Source: Candidatus Saccharimonadota bacterium (lineage in GTDB: Bacteria > Pseudomonadota > Gammaproteobacteria > Enterobacterales > Enterobacteriaceae). Taken from it: a stretch of DNA of 32,000 nt. Under the pieces are notes generated by a model. It saw only the letters and a list, made by a program, of their open reading frames with translations, was not told the origin of the DNA and did no database searches. A program made the position numbers and the translations under genes. The DNA lies in NCBI RefSeq assembly GCF_900128735.1, contig NZ_LT667503.1, positions 180,001 through 212,000 on the forward strand, read 5' to 3'. Positions 10,416 to 20,472 of this stretch are shown piece after piece. Numbering within the stretch: the stretch's first letter is position 1; every line of letters starts with the position of its first letter.

Positions 10416-12497
10416 ATGATAAAGTTATTACAATTTTTAAAAAAAATAGAAATATTAAAGAATCAGCAATGGCAATTTCTTTCTGTTCCAATATTAATTA
10501 TTATGATTCTGTCCATGTTAGTATTACCGTTACCTCCTATTGCATTAGACATTTTTTTTACATTTAATATAGTATTATCTATTATGATTTTACTTGTATC
10601 TATGTTTACTCAGAACACTCTTGACTTTTCTTCCTTTCCAACTATTTTATTATTTTCAACATTATTACGTTTAGCATTAAATATTGCGTCCACACGTGTT
10701 ATTTTATTATATGGTAATACAGGTTCTTTTTCGGCGGGACATGTAATTGAGGCATTTGGTTCTTTTTTAATTGGAGGCAATTTTGCTATAGGGATAGTGA
10801 TATTTATTATTTTAGTTGTGATAAATTTTTTAGTAATCACTAAGGGATCTGGAAGAATTGCAGAAGTAGGTGCGCGATTTTTTTTAGATTCTATGCCTGG
10901 AAAACAAATGGCGGTAGATGCCGATTTAAATTCAGGAATGATTTCAATAGAAGAAGCTAAAAATCGACGTAATACTATAGAACAAGAATCAGATTTTTAT
11001 GGAGCTATGGATGGAGCAAATAAATTTATTAGGGGTGATGCTATTGCTGGAATATTAATAATGATTGTAAATATTATCGGAGGTTTATCTATTGGAATTT
11101 TACAGTATCAAATGTCATTTTTACAAGCCGCTACTGTTTATAGCATTTTAACTATTGGAGATGGTTTGGTAACCCAAATTCCCGCATTACTTATCTCTAC
11201 TGCTTCTGGAGTTATTGTTACTCGCGTTAGTACTAATGATAAAAATATTGGTGAACAAATGATTTATCAAATTTTTAATAATCCAAAAATTATTTTATTA
11301 GGAGGTATTGTTTTAGGAATTTTTGGTTTAATACCGGGTATGCCAAATTTTATGTTTTTAATTTTTACATTTGGTTTATTTTTTTTGTCATGGTGGATAT
11401 ATACTACAAATGTTGTGCAAATTTCCACATCAGAAGACTCTAAGAATTTTAGTTATTCTGAAATAATGGAGCCATCATGGAGAGACGTTCAATTTGAAAA
11501 TCCAATTGTAATTGAATTAAGTAAAAAATTATTATTTATTATAAAACCGAGTCAAGAAAATGATTTTTTAAAAAAAATTCAGGTAATAAGAAAAAATATT
11601 ACTCAAAATTTTGGTTTTTTACTTCCGAATATTAATATTACTTATAATTCTAGTTTAGAAAATGGTTGTTATCGAATTTTAATAAAAGGTGTAGAGTATG
11701 GACAAGGAAAGGGTTATATAAAAAAATTACTTGCTATTGATTCATTTAGTACTATGCATCAATTGTCTGGTATTAAAATTCAAGAACCTGTTTTTGGTTT
11801 ATCTGCGTATTGGATTGATCCTCTGGAAAAAGATGTAGCCATTCAAAAAAAATTTACAATCGTAGATATCTCTACAGTGTTAGTTACGTATATAAATAAA
11901 ATTCTTATTGATAATATACATGAATTATTAGGATTTCAAGAAATTCATCAATTGATAGAACATATTTCAGAAAATTTTCCTAAATTAATAGATCATTTAA
12001 TACCTAATATAATATCTACAGCAACATTCCAGAAAATTTTGAAAAATTTATTAAAAGAAAAAATTCCCATTCGTGATATCTCTTCTATTTTAGAAGCTCT
12101 TTTGAGTCATGGGGTCAATTTAAAGAATAATATATCAGCTTTAACTAGTGCTGTGCGTATATCACTAAAAAAAATTATTACTCAGAAGTTTTTTTTTCAA
12201 AATTATTATATTAATGCGATTGGTTTAAGTCAAAATCTTGAGAAAATATTATTGCAGCTTGTAAGATCTAAAAATAATATTATGGAACCCAATTTTTTAG
12301 AAAATTTAATTATTAAAACAAAAAATTCTATTGTAAATCAAAAAAAATTAAAAGAACCAATAGTATTATTAGTCCATCACGATTTACGCATAATGTTATC
12401 TGAAGTATACTATTATAGTATACCAGATTTAATTATATTATCTTATTTAGAAATTATTGAAACCCGTAAAATATGTATAACTACCGAAATTAAATAA
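10416..12497 (+). CDS. flhA: Flagellar type III export apparatus protein FlhA
   Basis: The 693-aa reading from ATG 10416 (6 nt after the flhB stop) matches the E. coli FlhA N-terminus (QWQFLSVPILIIMILSMLVLPLPP.. vs QWQILAGPILILLILSMMVLPLPA..) and its length (692 aa). The RFFLDSMPGKQMAVDADLN motif is present. The longer ORF-track start at 10308 overlaps flhB and is rejected. Confidence 0.94.
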   Translation: MIKLLQFLKKIEILKNQQWQFLSVPILIIMILSMLVLPLPPIALDIFFTFNIVLSIMILLVSMFTQNTLDFSSFPTILLFSTLLRLALNIASTRVILLYGNTGSFSAGHVIEAFGSFLIGGNFAIGIVIFIILVVINFLVITKGSGRIAEVGARFFLDSMPGKQMAVDADLNSGMISIEEAKNRRNTIEQESDFYGAMDGANKFIRGDAIAGILIMIVNIIGGLSIGILQYQMSFLQAATVYSILTIGDGLVTQIPALLISTASGVIVTRVSTNDKNIGEQMIYQIFNNPKIILLGGIVLGIFGLIPGMPNFMFLIFTFGLFFLSWWIYTTNVVQISTSEDSKNFSYSEIMEPSWRDVQFENPIVIELSKKLLFIIKPSQENDFLKKIQVIRKNITQNFGFLLPNINITYNSSLENGCYRILIKGVEYGQGKGYIKKLLAIDSFSTMHQLSGIKIQEPVFGLSAYWIDPLEKDVAIQKKFTIVDISTVLVTYINKILIDNIHELLGFQEIHQLIEHISENFPKLIDHLIPNIISTATFQKILKNLLKEKIPIRDISSILEALLSHGVNLKNNISALTSAVRISLKKIITQKFFFQNYYINAIGLSQNLEKILLQLVRSKNNIMEPNFLENLIIKTKNSIVNQKKLKEPIVLLVHHDLRIMLSEVYYYSIPDLIILSYLEIIETRKICITTEIK

Positions 12498-12504
12498 ATA
12501 TTTT

Positions 12505-14232
12505 TTACATTTTATTTACGGTATCAATTCCTAAAATATTTAGGCCTATTTTGATTATTTTAGCGGTTAATTGAACTAATGTTAGTCGACTATATTTAGT
12601 TTTTTGATCGTTAGAAAGTAAGATGCTACAATTTTCATAAAAATGTGAGAAATTTTCTGATAATTCATATAAGTAATTACACATAAGATGTGGCGTTCCT
12701 TTTTTTTCGATGCTATATACTACTTCTTCAAATTGTAATATTTTTAATATTAATTGTCTTTCAAATTTTGTATAGATATGTATTGTATGGTGGATATTTT
12801 TTTTTTGATGATCATTATAAAATTTTTTGAGGATTGATTGTATACGGGTATATGCATATTGAATATATGGTGCAGTATTTCCGGTAAAGGATAACATTTG
12901 GTTCCAGTCAAAAATATAATCATGATTTCTATTTTTTGATAAATCAAAATATTTAATTGCTCCAATTCCAATTATTTTAGCTGTTTCTTTTATTTCTTTT
13001 TTATTGAGTTTTGAATTTTTTTCTTGTAGTATTTTTTTAGCTCTAGAAATTCCTTCATCTAATAAATCTTTTAATTTAATTACATTGCCGTCTCTTGTTT
13101 TAAAAGGTTTTTTATTTTTAGATAAAATCATGCCAAATGAATGATGTTCTAGAATGAGATTTTCTGGGATATATCCAGCTTTCTTAGCGATGTACCATAC
13201 TTGTAAAAGATGTTGTTTTTGTCGGATATCAGTATAATAAATAATTTGATTAGCTTTCAATGTTTCATATCGGTATTTTAAGCAAGCAATATCAGTAGTA
13301 GTATATAAAAATGCTCCGTTTTTTTTTTTAATAATTATACCCATATTTTTACCGTTTCGATTTTTAAATTTATCGGTATATATAATAACTGCACCTTTAT
13401 ATAGAGTTGCAATACCTTTATTTTGTAAATCTTTGACAATATCAGGCAACATAAAATTATAAAAACTTTCACCATAAATATCTTTTTTTTTTAATTTAAC
13501 ATTTAACTTTTCATATATTTTTTGGTTTTTTTCAATAGTTTTTTGGACTATTTTTCTCCAAATATATAAACATTTTTTATTATGATTTTGTAATTTTACA
13601 ACATATTTTTTAGTCTTTTTTGCAAATTCTTTATTGATTATATATTTTTTATATGCCTTTTGATAAATTTTTTCACTTTTGTTTAGTAAATTTTTTTCTT
13701 TTTTTTGATCATACAAATAAGCAATTAACATTCCAAATTGTGTACCCCAGTCTCCTATATGATTTTGTTTGATGACTTGATGTCCTAAAAATTTCATAAT
13801 TCTTACGGTAGCATCGCCTAATATAGTTGATCTGAGATGTCCAATATGTAGTTCTTTAGCTATATTTGGTGATGAATAATCAATAATTACTATTTTTTTA
13901 TTTTTTGTTTTAATTCTGATATTTTTTTTCTGACTAAGAGAATTAATGTGTTTTAGTAACCATAATTGAGAAAATTGAATATTTATAAAACCCGGCTGAG
14001 ATACACTAACACACTGAAAATCTGGAGATAATTTAAGCGAATCGGCAATTTTTTTTGCGAATTGGTATTTTTTTTCGTGAAGCATATTAGAAAGCTTAAT
14101 TATTCCGTTGCATTGATAGTCAATATTTTTTTTTTTATGATTTATTTTAATGATTGGATCAAATTTCTTTGGAGCACCTATTTTAATTCCAATTTTATAT
14201 ATTTTATTGTTTAAAAATTTTTGAACGTACAT
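12505..14232 (-). CDS. argS: Arginyl-tRNA synthetase (class I)
   Basis: 575 aa versus 577 aa in E. coli. It carries the HIGHLRS signature and a KTRDGN (MSTR-like) segment. It is adjacent to flhA as in E. coli and lies upstream of rrs as described for Buchnera. Confidence 0.96.
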   Translation of the reverse strand: MYVQKFLNNKIYKIGIKIGAPKKFDPIIKINHKKKNIDYQCNGIIKLSNMLHEKKYQFAKKIADSLKLSPDFQCVSVSQPGFINIQFSQLWLLKHINSLSQKKNIRIKTKNKKIVIIDYSSPNIAKELHIGHLRSTILGDATVRIMKFLGHQVIKQNHIGDWGTQFGMLIAYLYDQKKEKNLLNKSEKIYQKAYKKYIINKEFAKKTKKYVVKLQNHNKKCLYIWRKIVQKTIEKNQKIYEKLNVKLKKKDIYGESFYNFMLPDIVKDLQNKGIATLYKGAVIIYTDKFKNRNGKNMGIIIKKKNGAFLYTTTDIACLKYRYETLKANQIIYYTDIRQKQHLLQVWYIAKKAGYIPENLILEHHSFGMILSKNKKPFKTRDGNVIKLKDLLDEGISRAKKILQEKNSKLNKKEIKETAKIIGIGAIKYFDLSKNRNHDYIFDWNQMLSFTGNTAPYIQYAYTRIQSILKKFYNDHQKKNIHHTIHIYTKFERQLILKILQFEEVVYSIEKKGTPHLMCNYLYELSENFSHFYENCSILLSNDQKTKYSRLTLVQLTAKIIKIGLNILGIDTVNKM

Positions 14233-14463
14233 ATTAGAATAACCTTTAATATTAATGAAATAGTAAAAATATATTGTAACAATATATTTAGAAAATATTT
14301 TTTTTGATTTTTGAGTTAAAATTGTAACATATTTTTTAAAATTTTATTATTTTTCTTATTTTATAAAATGATTCATAAAATGGTTTATAAATTGAAAAAA
14401 CATATCATTTATTTTAAAAAAACTAAAAATAATTTTATATATTATAATTTATAAAAAAATATG

Positions 14464-14491
14464 TTGACTTTTTTTTTAAAACAGATAATAT
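14464..14491 (+). promoter_or_regulatory. Putative sigma70 promoter of the rrs unit (TTGACT-N16-TAATAT)
   Basis: TTGACT at 14464-14469, a 16-nt spacer and TAATAT at 14486-14491, about 135 nt upstream of mature 16S. The -35 hexamer is a rare GC-containing word in this spacer. The -10 assignment is ambiguous because the background is so AT-rich. Confidence 0.55.
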
Positions 14492-14508
14492 AGAGCTTGT
14501 AAGAAAAT

Positions 14509-14521
14509 TGTTCTTTAAAAA
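14509..14521 (+). promoter_or_regulatory. boxA-like rRNA antitermination element
   Basis: TGTTCTTTAAAAA versus E. coli rrn boxA TGCTCTTTAACAA (11/13). It lies between the putative promoter and the 16S processing stem, as in E. coli rrn leaders. Confidence 0.5.
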
Positions 14522-14527
14522 AATATT

Positions 14528-14548
14528 CAGAAAATTTGTGTGGGCACA
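14528..14548 (+). promoter_or_regulatory. 5' half of 16S precursor processing stem (RNase III-type)
   Basis: CAGAAAATTTGTGTGGGCACA is complementary to 16201-16221 (TGTGCTCACACAAATTTTCTG) over 21 positions: 20 Watson-Crick pairs plus one G-U. The two halves bracket the 16S gene. Confidence 0.8.
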
Positions 14549-14626
14549 TAAAGATTAAATGTTCAGATAAGTATTATAAAATTTTAATTTTTAAAAAAAA
14601 ATTATTTTTATAATAAAGTTTATACT

Positions 14627-16177
<1,551 letters not shown>

Positions 16178-16200
16178 AATATTAAAACATTTAATCGGAA

Positions 16201-16221
16201 TGTGCTCACACAAATTTTCTG
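16201..16221 (+). promoter_or_regulatory. 3' half of 16S precursor processing stem
   Basis: Complement of 14528-14548 (see above). It lies 24 nt after the 16S 3' end. Confidence 0.8.
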
Positions 16222-16237
16222 ATATTTTATTTAAAAC

Positions 16238-16314
16238 AGGCTTGTAGCTCAGCCGGTTAGAGCACACCCCTGATAAGGGTGAGGTCGGTGGTTCAAGTCC
16301 ACTCAGGCCTACCA
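16238..16314 (+). tRNA. tRNA-Ile (anticodon GAT), CCA encoded
   Basis: A 77-nt cloverleaf nearly identical to E. coli tRNA-Ile1: AGGCTTG acceptor, anticodon loop CTGATAA, T-loop TTCAAGT, 3' terminal ACCA. Confidence 0.98.
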
Positions 16315-16351
16315 AAAAATATTTTTTATTTATTTAAATTATGTTTATAAA

Positions 16352-16424
16352 GGGGCTATAGCTCAGCTGGGAGAGCGCCTGCTTTGCACGCAGGAGGTCA
16401 GCGGTTCAATCCCGCTTGGCTCCA
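16352..16424 (+). tRNA. tRNA-Ala (anticodon TGC), CCA not encoded
   Basis: A 73-nt cloverleaf: GGGGCTA acceptor with the G3:U70 identity pair, anticodon loop TTTGCAC, T-arm AGCGG/TTCAATC/CCGCT and discriminator A, followed by AAT. Confidence 0.98.
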
Positions 16425-16668
16425 AATTTTTTTAATATATAAAATTTTATCTTTATATTTTTTTTAAATTATTTTTATTACATACTCTTATTTTTTTATC
16501 AATTTTTCTATTTATATCTTATCATATTAAATATTTTTCTATTTTCTAAAAATCGAAATTTATTTTTATTAATCATTTCTTGAATTATAGACTCTATTTT
16601 TAATAGATAGATGATTTCTTAAATGATTTTAAAATATATTTTATCCTATTTTACCCCCATATATCCTT

Positions 16669-17214
16669 TTAAAATTTTTTATTAATTAAATATACTTTTT
16701 TTTGATTTTTTATTATTATATCTGAATTTTTTTTTAATATTGAATATTTTATTTTTTGTTCGGAATATAAATCAGTTTTTTTTGGATTTCTGGCTTCTTT
16801 TTTTGCTATTTTATCGCACATTGTATTTTCTTTGTGATTTGTATGTGATTTTGTCCATATCCAATTAATATTATGTTTTCTAATCACTTGATCTAATCTT
16901 AACCATAAATCCTGATTACAGACTGGTTTTTTATTTTTTGTTAACCAATAATTTTTTTTCCAACTATGAATCCATAAAATTATTCCCAAACGTAAATATT
17001 GACTATCTGTAATTAAATTAACTATACATGGTTCTAAAAGAGATTCTAATCCCAAAATTGCTGCCATCAGTTCCATTCTATTATTTGTGGTGTAATAAAA
17101 TCCAAATTTAATTACTTTTTGATATTTTTTGTACCGGGTTATTGCACATAACCCTCCTGGACCAGGATTATATAAACACGACCCATCAGTAAATATTTCA
17201 ATTTTTTTTAACAT
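16669..17214 (-). CDS. rnhA: Ribonuclease HI
   Basis: MLKKIEIFTDGSCLYNPGPGG.., TNNRMELMAA and DSQY motifs match E. coli RNase HI. It is 181 aa versus 155 aa because of a Lys/Ile/Asn-rich C-terminal extension. It is divergent from dnaQ as in E. coli. Confidence 0.95.
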   Translation of the reverse strand: MLKKIEIFTDGSCLYNPGPGGLCAITRYKKYQKVIKFGFYYTTNNRMELMAAILGLESLLEPCIVNLITDSQYLRLGIILWIHSWKKNYWLTKNKKPVCNQDLWLRLDQVIRKHNINWIWTKSHTNHKENTMCDKIAKKEARNPKKTDLYSEQKIKYSILKKNSDIIIKNQKKVYLINKKF

Positions 17215-17283
17215 AAAAACCCCTAAGTTAAAATATAAAATGATATAATGTTATGAATTAAAAATTTTTAAATAGAATATTTT

Positions 17284-17997
17284 ATGAGACAAATTGTACT
17301 AGATATTGAAACTACTGGTATGAATAAATATGGAGTAATATATTTAAATCATCGAATTATTGAAATTGGTATGATAGAATTAATTAACCGTCAAGAAACC
17401 GGAAAGATTCTTCATTATTATTTAAATCCAGATCGTCAAATAGATGAAGCGGCTCATAAAATACATGGGATTTCTGAAAATTTTTTAAAGAATAAACCTT
17501 TTTTTAAAGATATTTTTCAGAATTTATTAAATTTTTTATATAAAGCAGAAATAATAGTGCATAATGCTATTTTTGATATTGGATTTTTAGATTATGAGTT
17601 TCATTTATTAAATTTGAATATTAAGAAAATAAATGATTTTTGCGGAATTCTTGATACTTTAAAATTAGCGCGTCAACAATTTCCTGGTAAAAAAAACAGT
17701 TTAAGTGCGTTATGTAAGCGGTATAATATTTGTAATAGAGAACGAACATTGCACGGAGCGTTATTAGATGCGAAATTATTAACTAAAGTATATCTATTTA
17801 TGACAGTAAAGCAAGAAAAAATATTTTTTTCTAATTCTGATAATGAAATTCATAAAAAAAATGAAATAAAAAAAGTAATTTTGACAAAAGATATTTATCA
17901 ACCATTAAAAATACTATATGCTACTAAGGCTGAATTACAATTACATAAAAAATTTTTAATTAATTTTTGTAATAAAAAAAATAAATTTTTATGGTAA
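17284..17997 (+). CDS. dnaQ: DNA polymerase III epsilon (proofreading exonuclease)
   Basis: Exo motifs DIETTG, HNAIFDIGFLDYEF and HGALLDAKLL match E. coli DnaQ. 237 aa versus 243 aa. Confidence 0.96.
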   Translation: MRQIVLDIETTGMNKYGVIYLNHRIIEIGMIELINRQETGKILHYYLNPDRQIDEAAHKIHGISENFLKNKPFFKDIFQNLLNFLYKAEIIVHNAIFDIGFLDYEFHLLNLNIKKINDFCGILDTLKLARQQFPGKKNSLSALCKRYNICNRERTLHGALLDAKLLTKVYLFMTVKQEKIFFSNSDNEIHKKNEIKKVILTKDIYQPLKILYATKAELQLHKKFLINFCNKKNKFLW

Positions 17998-18014
17998 AAA
18001 TTTTTATTTTTATC

Positions 18015-18043
18015 TTGACTAGATAGATAAAGAGATATATAAT
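18015..18043 (+). promoter_or_regulatory. Near-consensus sigma70 promoter for tRNA-Asp (TTGACT-N17-TATAAT)
   Basis: TTGACT at 18015-18020, a 17-nt spacer and TATAAT at 18038-18043. The tRNA 5' end lies 12 nt downstream of the -10 hexamer. Confidence 0.65.
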
Positions 18044-18054
18044 AAAACTATATT

Positions 18055-18128
18055 GGTGCGGTAGTTCAGTTGGTTAGAATATCGGCCTGTCACGCCGGAG
18101 GTCACGGGTTCAAATCCCGTCCGCACCG
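18055..18128 (+). tRNA. tRNA-Asp (anticodon GTC), CCA not encoded
   Basis: A 74-nt cloverleaf: GGTGCGG/CCGCACC acceptor, anticodon loop CTGTCAC, T-arm ACGGG/TTCAAAT/CCCGT and discriminator G, followed by AAAA. It is close to E. coli tRNA-Asp. Confidence 0.97.
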
Positions 18129-18318
18129 AAAACACTCTTAATAAACTAATTAAATATTAAACCATTTTTTTTCAATAAAGAGTATTATTTCTTAATATTA
18201 ATAATATTTTTCAAAAAAAATAAAATTATTTTTATCTTTTAAAAAATATTGATATAAGTTTTATATATTGAAAATATTTTTATATTTAGGATAGTATTAA
18301 TGGGTTTAGGAAACATTT

Positions 18319-18921
18319 ATGTTAAACGATAATAATAAAAAGATTGATTCTTCTATTACTTCTCAAACCTCTCAAGACATTGATAAAAAAAATGACTCTT
18401 TAGATTTTAAGACAGTAATTAAGGAAAAATTATATATAAAAAAAAATAAAAAATATACTTCTTTGGTCAATCAATATGAATTATTAAATATAGAGAAATT
18501 AAAAATATCTAAAGAAAATAAAAAAGAAATAATTAAGATTCGTAATAACTTACAAAAAAAAACAAAAGATGTATATAAATTTTTTTTACATAAGTATTTT
18601 TTATTAATTCTACCTATTTTAGATAGTATTGAGTCATCCTTAAGTGCATTAACTGATATTCATGAAGAAGTTTTTTTAGAAGTTTCTATTCATTTAAAAA
18701 AACTAAATAAATTATTTTTATCAATTTTTATGGATTTTAATGTTACAAAAATTGACTCAATTAATATCCCTTTTAATCCTGAAATTCATCAAGCAATGTC
18801 AATCGATTTTTCCGGAAAATATTTAAATAATTATATTTCGCACGTAATTCAGAAAGGATATTTATTAAATAAACGTTTATTACGTCCTGCTTTGGTTTCT
18901 GTTTCTCAGTCTGAGGTATAA
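18319..18921 (+). CDS. grpE: Nucleotide exchange factor GrpE
   Basis: 200 aa. The C-terminal half LPILDSIE.., FNPEIHQAMS.. and VIQKGYLLNKRLLRPALVSV matches E. coli GrpE (FDPNVHQAI.., MQKGYTLNGRTIRAAMVTV). Confidence 0.9.
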   Translation: MLNDNNKKIDSSITSQTSQDIDKKNDSLDFKTVIKEKLYIKKNKKYTSLVNQYELLNIEKLKISKENKKEIIKIRNNLQKKTKDVYKFFLHKYFLLILPILDSIESSLSALTDIHEEVFLEVSIHLKKLNKLFLSIFMDFNVTKIDSINIPFNPEIHQAMSIDFSGKYLNNYISHVIQKGYLLNKRLLRPALVSVSQSEV

Positions 18922-19036
18922 AAAGTTATTTTATAATCCGGGATGTTTTTATTTTATTTTTTAAATATATAATTCTTTTGACAATAATTATATATTTAAA
19001 ATAATATAAAATTTTTATGGGATATATTTTCCAGAT

Positions 19037-19516
19037 ATGACAACCCAAAATAAAAAAAATAAAAATAAAAAAAAATTCTTAAATAAGAAAGCATATTTTA
19101 ATTTTTATATTGAGAAGAAATTTATTGCAGGGATTCAACTTCTAGGATGGGAAGTAAAATCTATCAGATCAGGTAAAGTACAAATTACCAATGGTTATAT
19201 TGTGATTCGAAATAAAGAAGCTTTCTTAATTAATATTCATTTACAACCTTTATCTGCATCTTCTACATTTTATTTGTATGATGTGAATCGAGAAAAAAAA
19301 TTGTTATTAAAGAAAAAAGAAATAAGAATTTTATCAGAATACTATAATATTAAAGGTTATACATTAATTCCAATTCAATTATTTTGGATAAAATCATGGT
19401 GTAAAATCATGATTGGAATAGCTCGTGGAAAAAATAATCGAGATAAACGTATAGATATTAAAAATCGTTTATGGAATCGAGAAAAAAAAACTGTGCTTAA
19501 AAGAGTTTTAATTTAA
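19037..19516 (+). CDS. smpB: SsrA(tmRNA)-binding protein SmpB
   Basis: 159 aa. KKAYFNFYIEKKFIAGIQLLGWEVKSIRSGK matches E. coli SmpB ([32 protein letters not shown]). A TTGACA at 18978-18983 followed by an AT-rich -10-like word is a possible promoter, at low confidence. Confidence 0.94.
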   Translation: MTTQNKKNKNKKKFLNKKAYFNFYIEKKFIAGIQLLGWEVKSIRSGKVQITNGYIVIRNKEAFLINIHLQPLSASSTFYLYDVNREKKLLLKKKEIRILSEYYNIKGYTLIPIQLFWIKSWCKIMIGIARGKNNRDKRIDIKNRLWNREKKTVLKRVLI

Positions 19517-19536
19517 TCTGCTTATTTTAAAAAAGA

Positions 19537-20043
19537 ATGTTTTTTTATTTAAAAAAAATCTCTTTTAAAGGTCTTTTTTTTATGATATTTAATGATACTT
19601 ATTGGATGAGATACGCCTTATTAGCTGCAAAAATTGGTGAAAAAAAAGGAGAAATTCCAATAGGATCAATTGTAGTTTATAAAAATCAATTAATAGGAAT
19701 GGGTTGGAATAGTTGTATTACTCAGCATAATCCGAGTGCACATGCAGAAATTTTATCTATGCAAAAAGCCGGACAAACATTAAAAAATTATCGATTATTG
19801 AACACTATACTATATGTAACGCATGAGCCGTGTTGGATGTGTTCATCAGCAATTGTATTTTCACGCATTAGCCGTGTAGTATATGGTTCATATAGCTCAA
19901 AATATGAGTGTATTACAAATTTTATGAATATTTTATATAAAAAAAATATCAAGCATCATATAAAAAATATTACTTCTGGAATATTGTTATATGAATGCTC
20001 AATTTTATTAAGTAATTTTTTTAAAAAAAAAAGAAAAAAATAA
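19537..20043 (+). CDS. tadA: tRNA-specific adenosine deaminase TadA (YfhC)
   Basis: Deaminase zinc motifs HAE (..SAHAEILS..) and PCWMC are present, with a length of 153-168 aa. The start may be Met16 (19582). Confidence 0.9.
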   Translation: MFFYLKKISFKGLFFMIFNDTYWMRYALLAAKIGEKKGEIPIGSIVVYKNQLIGMGWNSCITQHNPSAHAEILSMQKAGQTLKNYRLLNTILYVTHEPCWMCSSAIVFSRISRVVYGSYSSKYECITNFMNILYKKNIKHHIKNITSGILLYECSILLSNFFKKKRKK

Positions 20044-20051
20044 AAAAAATT

Positions 20052-20429
20052 TTATTTTTCTAAAATTATAATAGATTGTACATATTTTTCTGTATCAGTG
20101 ATACTAAGAAAAATTTTTTTTACGTTTAATTTTTCTAAAGTTTTTTTTATTTTTCCTGATATCAATAAAACTGGTTTTCCTTTTTTATTATTACCAAGTT
20201 CGCAATTCTTAAAAAACATTTTACTAAAAATATTTAATCCGGATGCTTTTGAAAGAGCTTCTTTTACAGAAAATATTTTTGCTAAGTAATTTTCTTTTTT
20301 TTTATTATTATATTTTATAAGTTCATTCGAAGATAGAATACGATTCAGTATTTTAAACCCGTGTAATAAAATTAATTTTTTACATCTATTAATTTTAATC
20401 ATATCAATTCCAATTCCTATAATAGACAT
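20052..20429 (-). CDS. acpS: Holo-[acyl-carrier-protein] synthase
   Basis: 125 aa versus 126 aa in E. coli. The N-terminus MSIIGIGIDMIKINR matches MAILGLGTDIVEIAR. It lies downstream of era as in the E. coli rnc-era-recO-pdxJ-acpS cluster, but recO and pdxJ are absent here. Confidence 0.92.
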   Translation of the reverse strand: MSIIGIGIDMIKINRCKKLILLHGFKILNRILSSNELIKYNNKKKENYLAKIFSVKEALSKASGLNIFSKMFFKNCELGNNKKGKPVLLISGKIKKTLEKLNVKKIFLSITDTEKYVQSIIILEK

Positions 20430-20472
20430 TTTTTTCTTCTTTTTTTAATTATTTATTAAATATCTTATTTTA

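Noticed and set aside
10304-10567. An 87-aa ORF, and the 36-codon upstream extension of flhA (start 10308), both overlapping the flhB 3' end
   Set aside because: FlhB homology continues to its stop at 10410. FlhA homology and length fit ATG 10416, and the extension has no counterpart in FlhA.
14267-14289. Palindrome AAATATATTGT-A-ACAATATATTT in the argS/rrs spacer, considered as a possible operator
   Set aside because: The 11-bp arms are almost entirely A/T. At about 80% A+T, I estimate that one or two such palindromes are expected by chance in 32 kb.
16437-16465. Hairpin ATATAAA-N8-TTTATAT followed by a T run after tRNA-Ala, considered as a possible rrs-unit terminator
   Set aside because: It is a 7-bp all-A/T stem with negligible predicted stability. 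It cannot be distinguished from background in this composition, so it is not reported as a feature.
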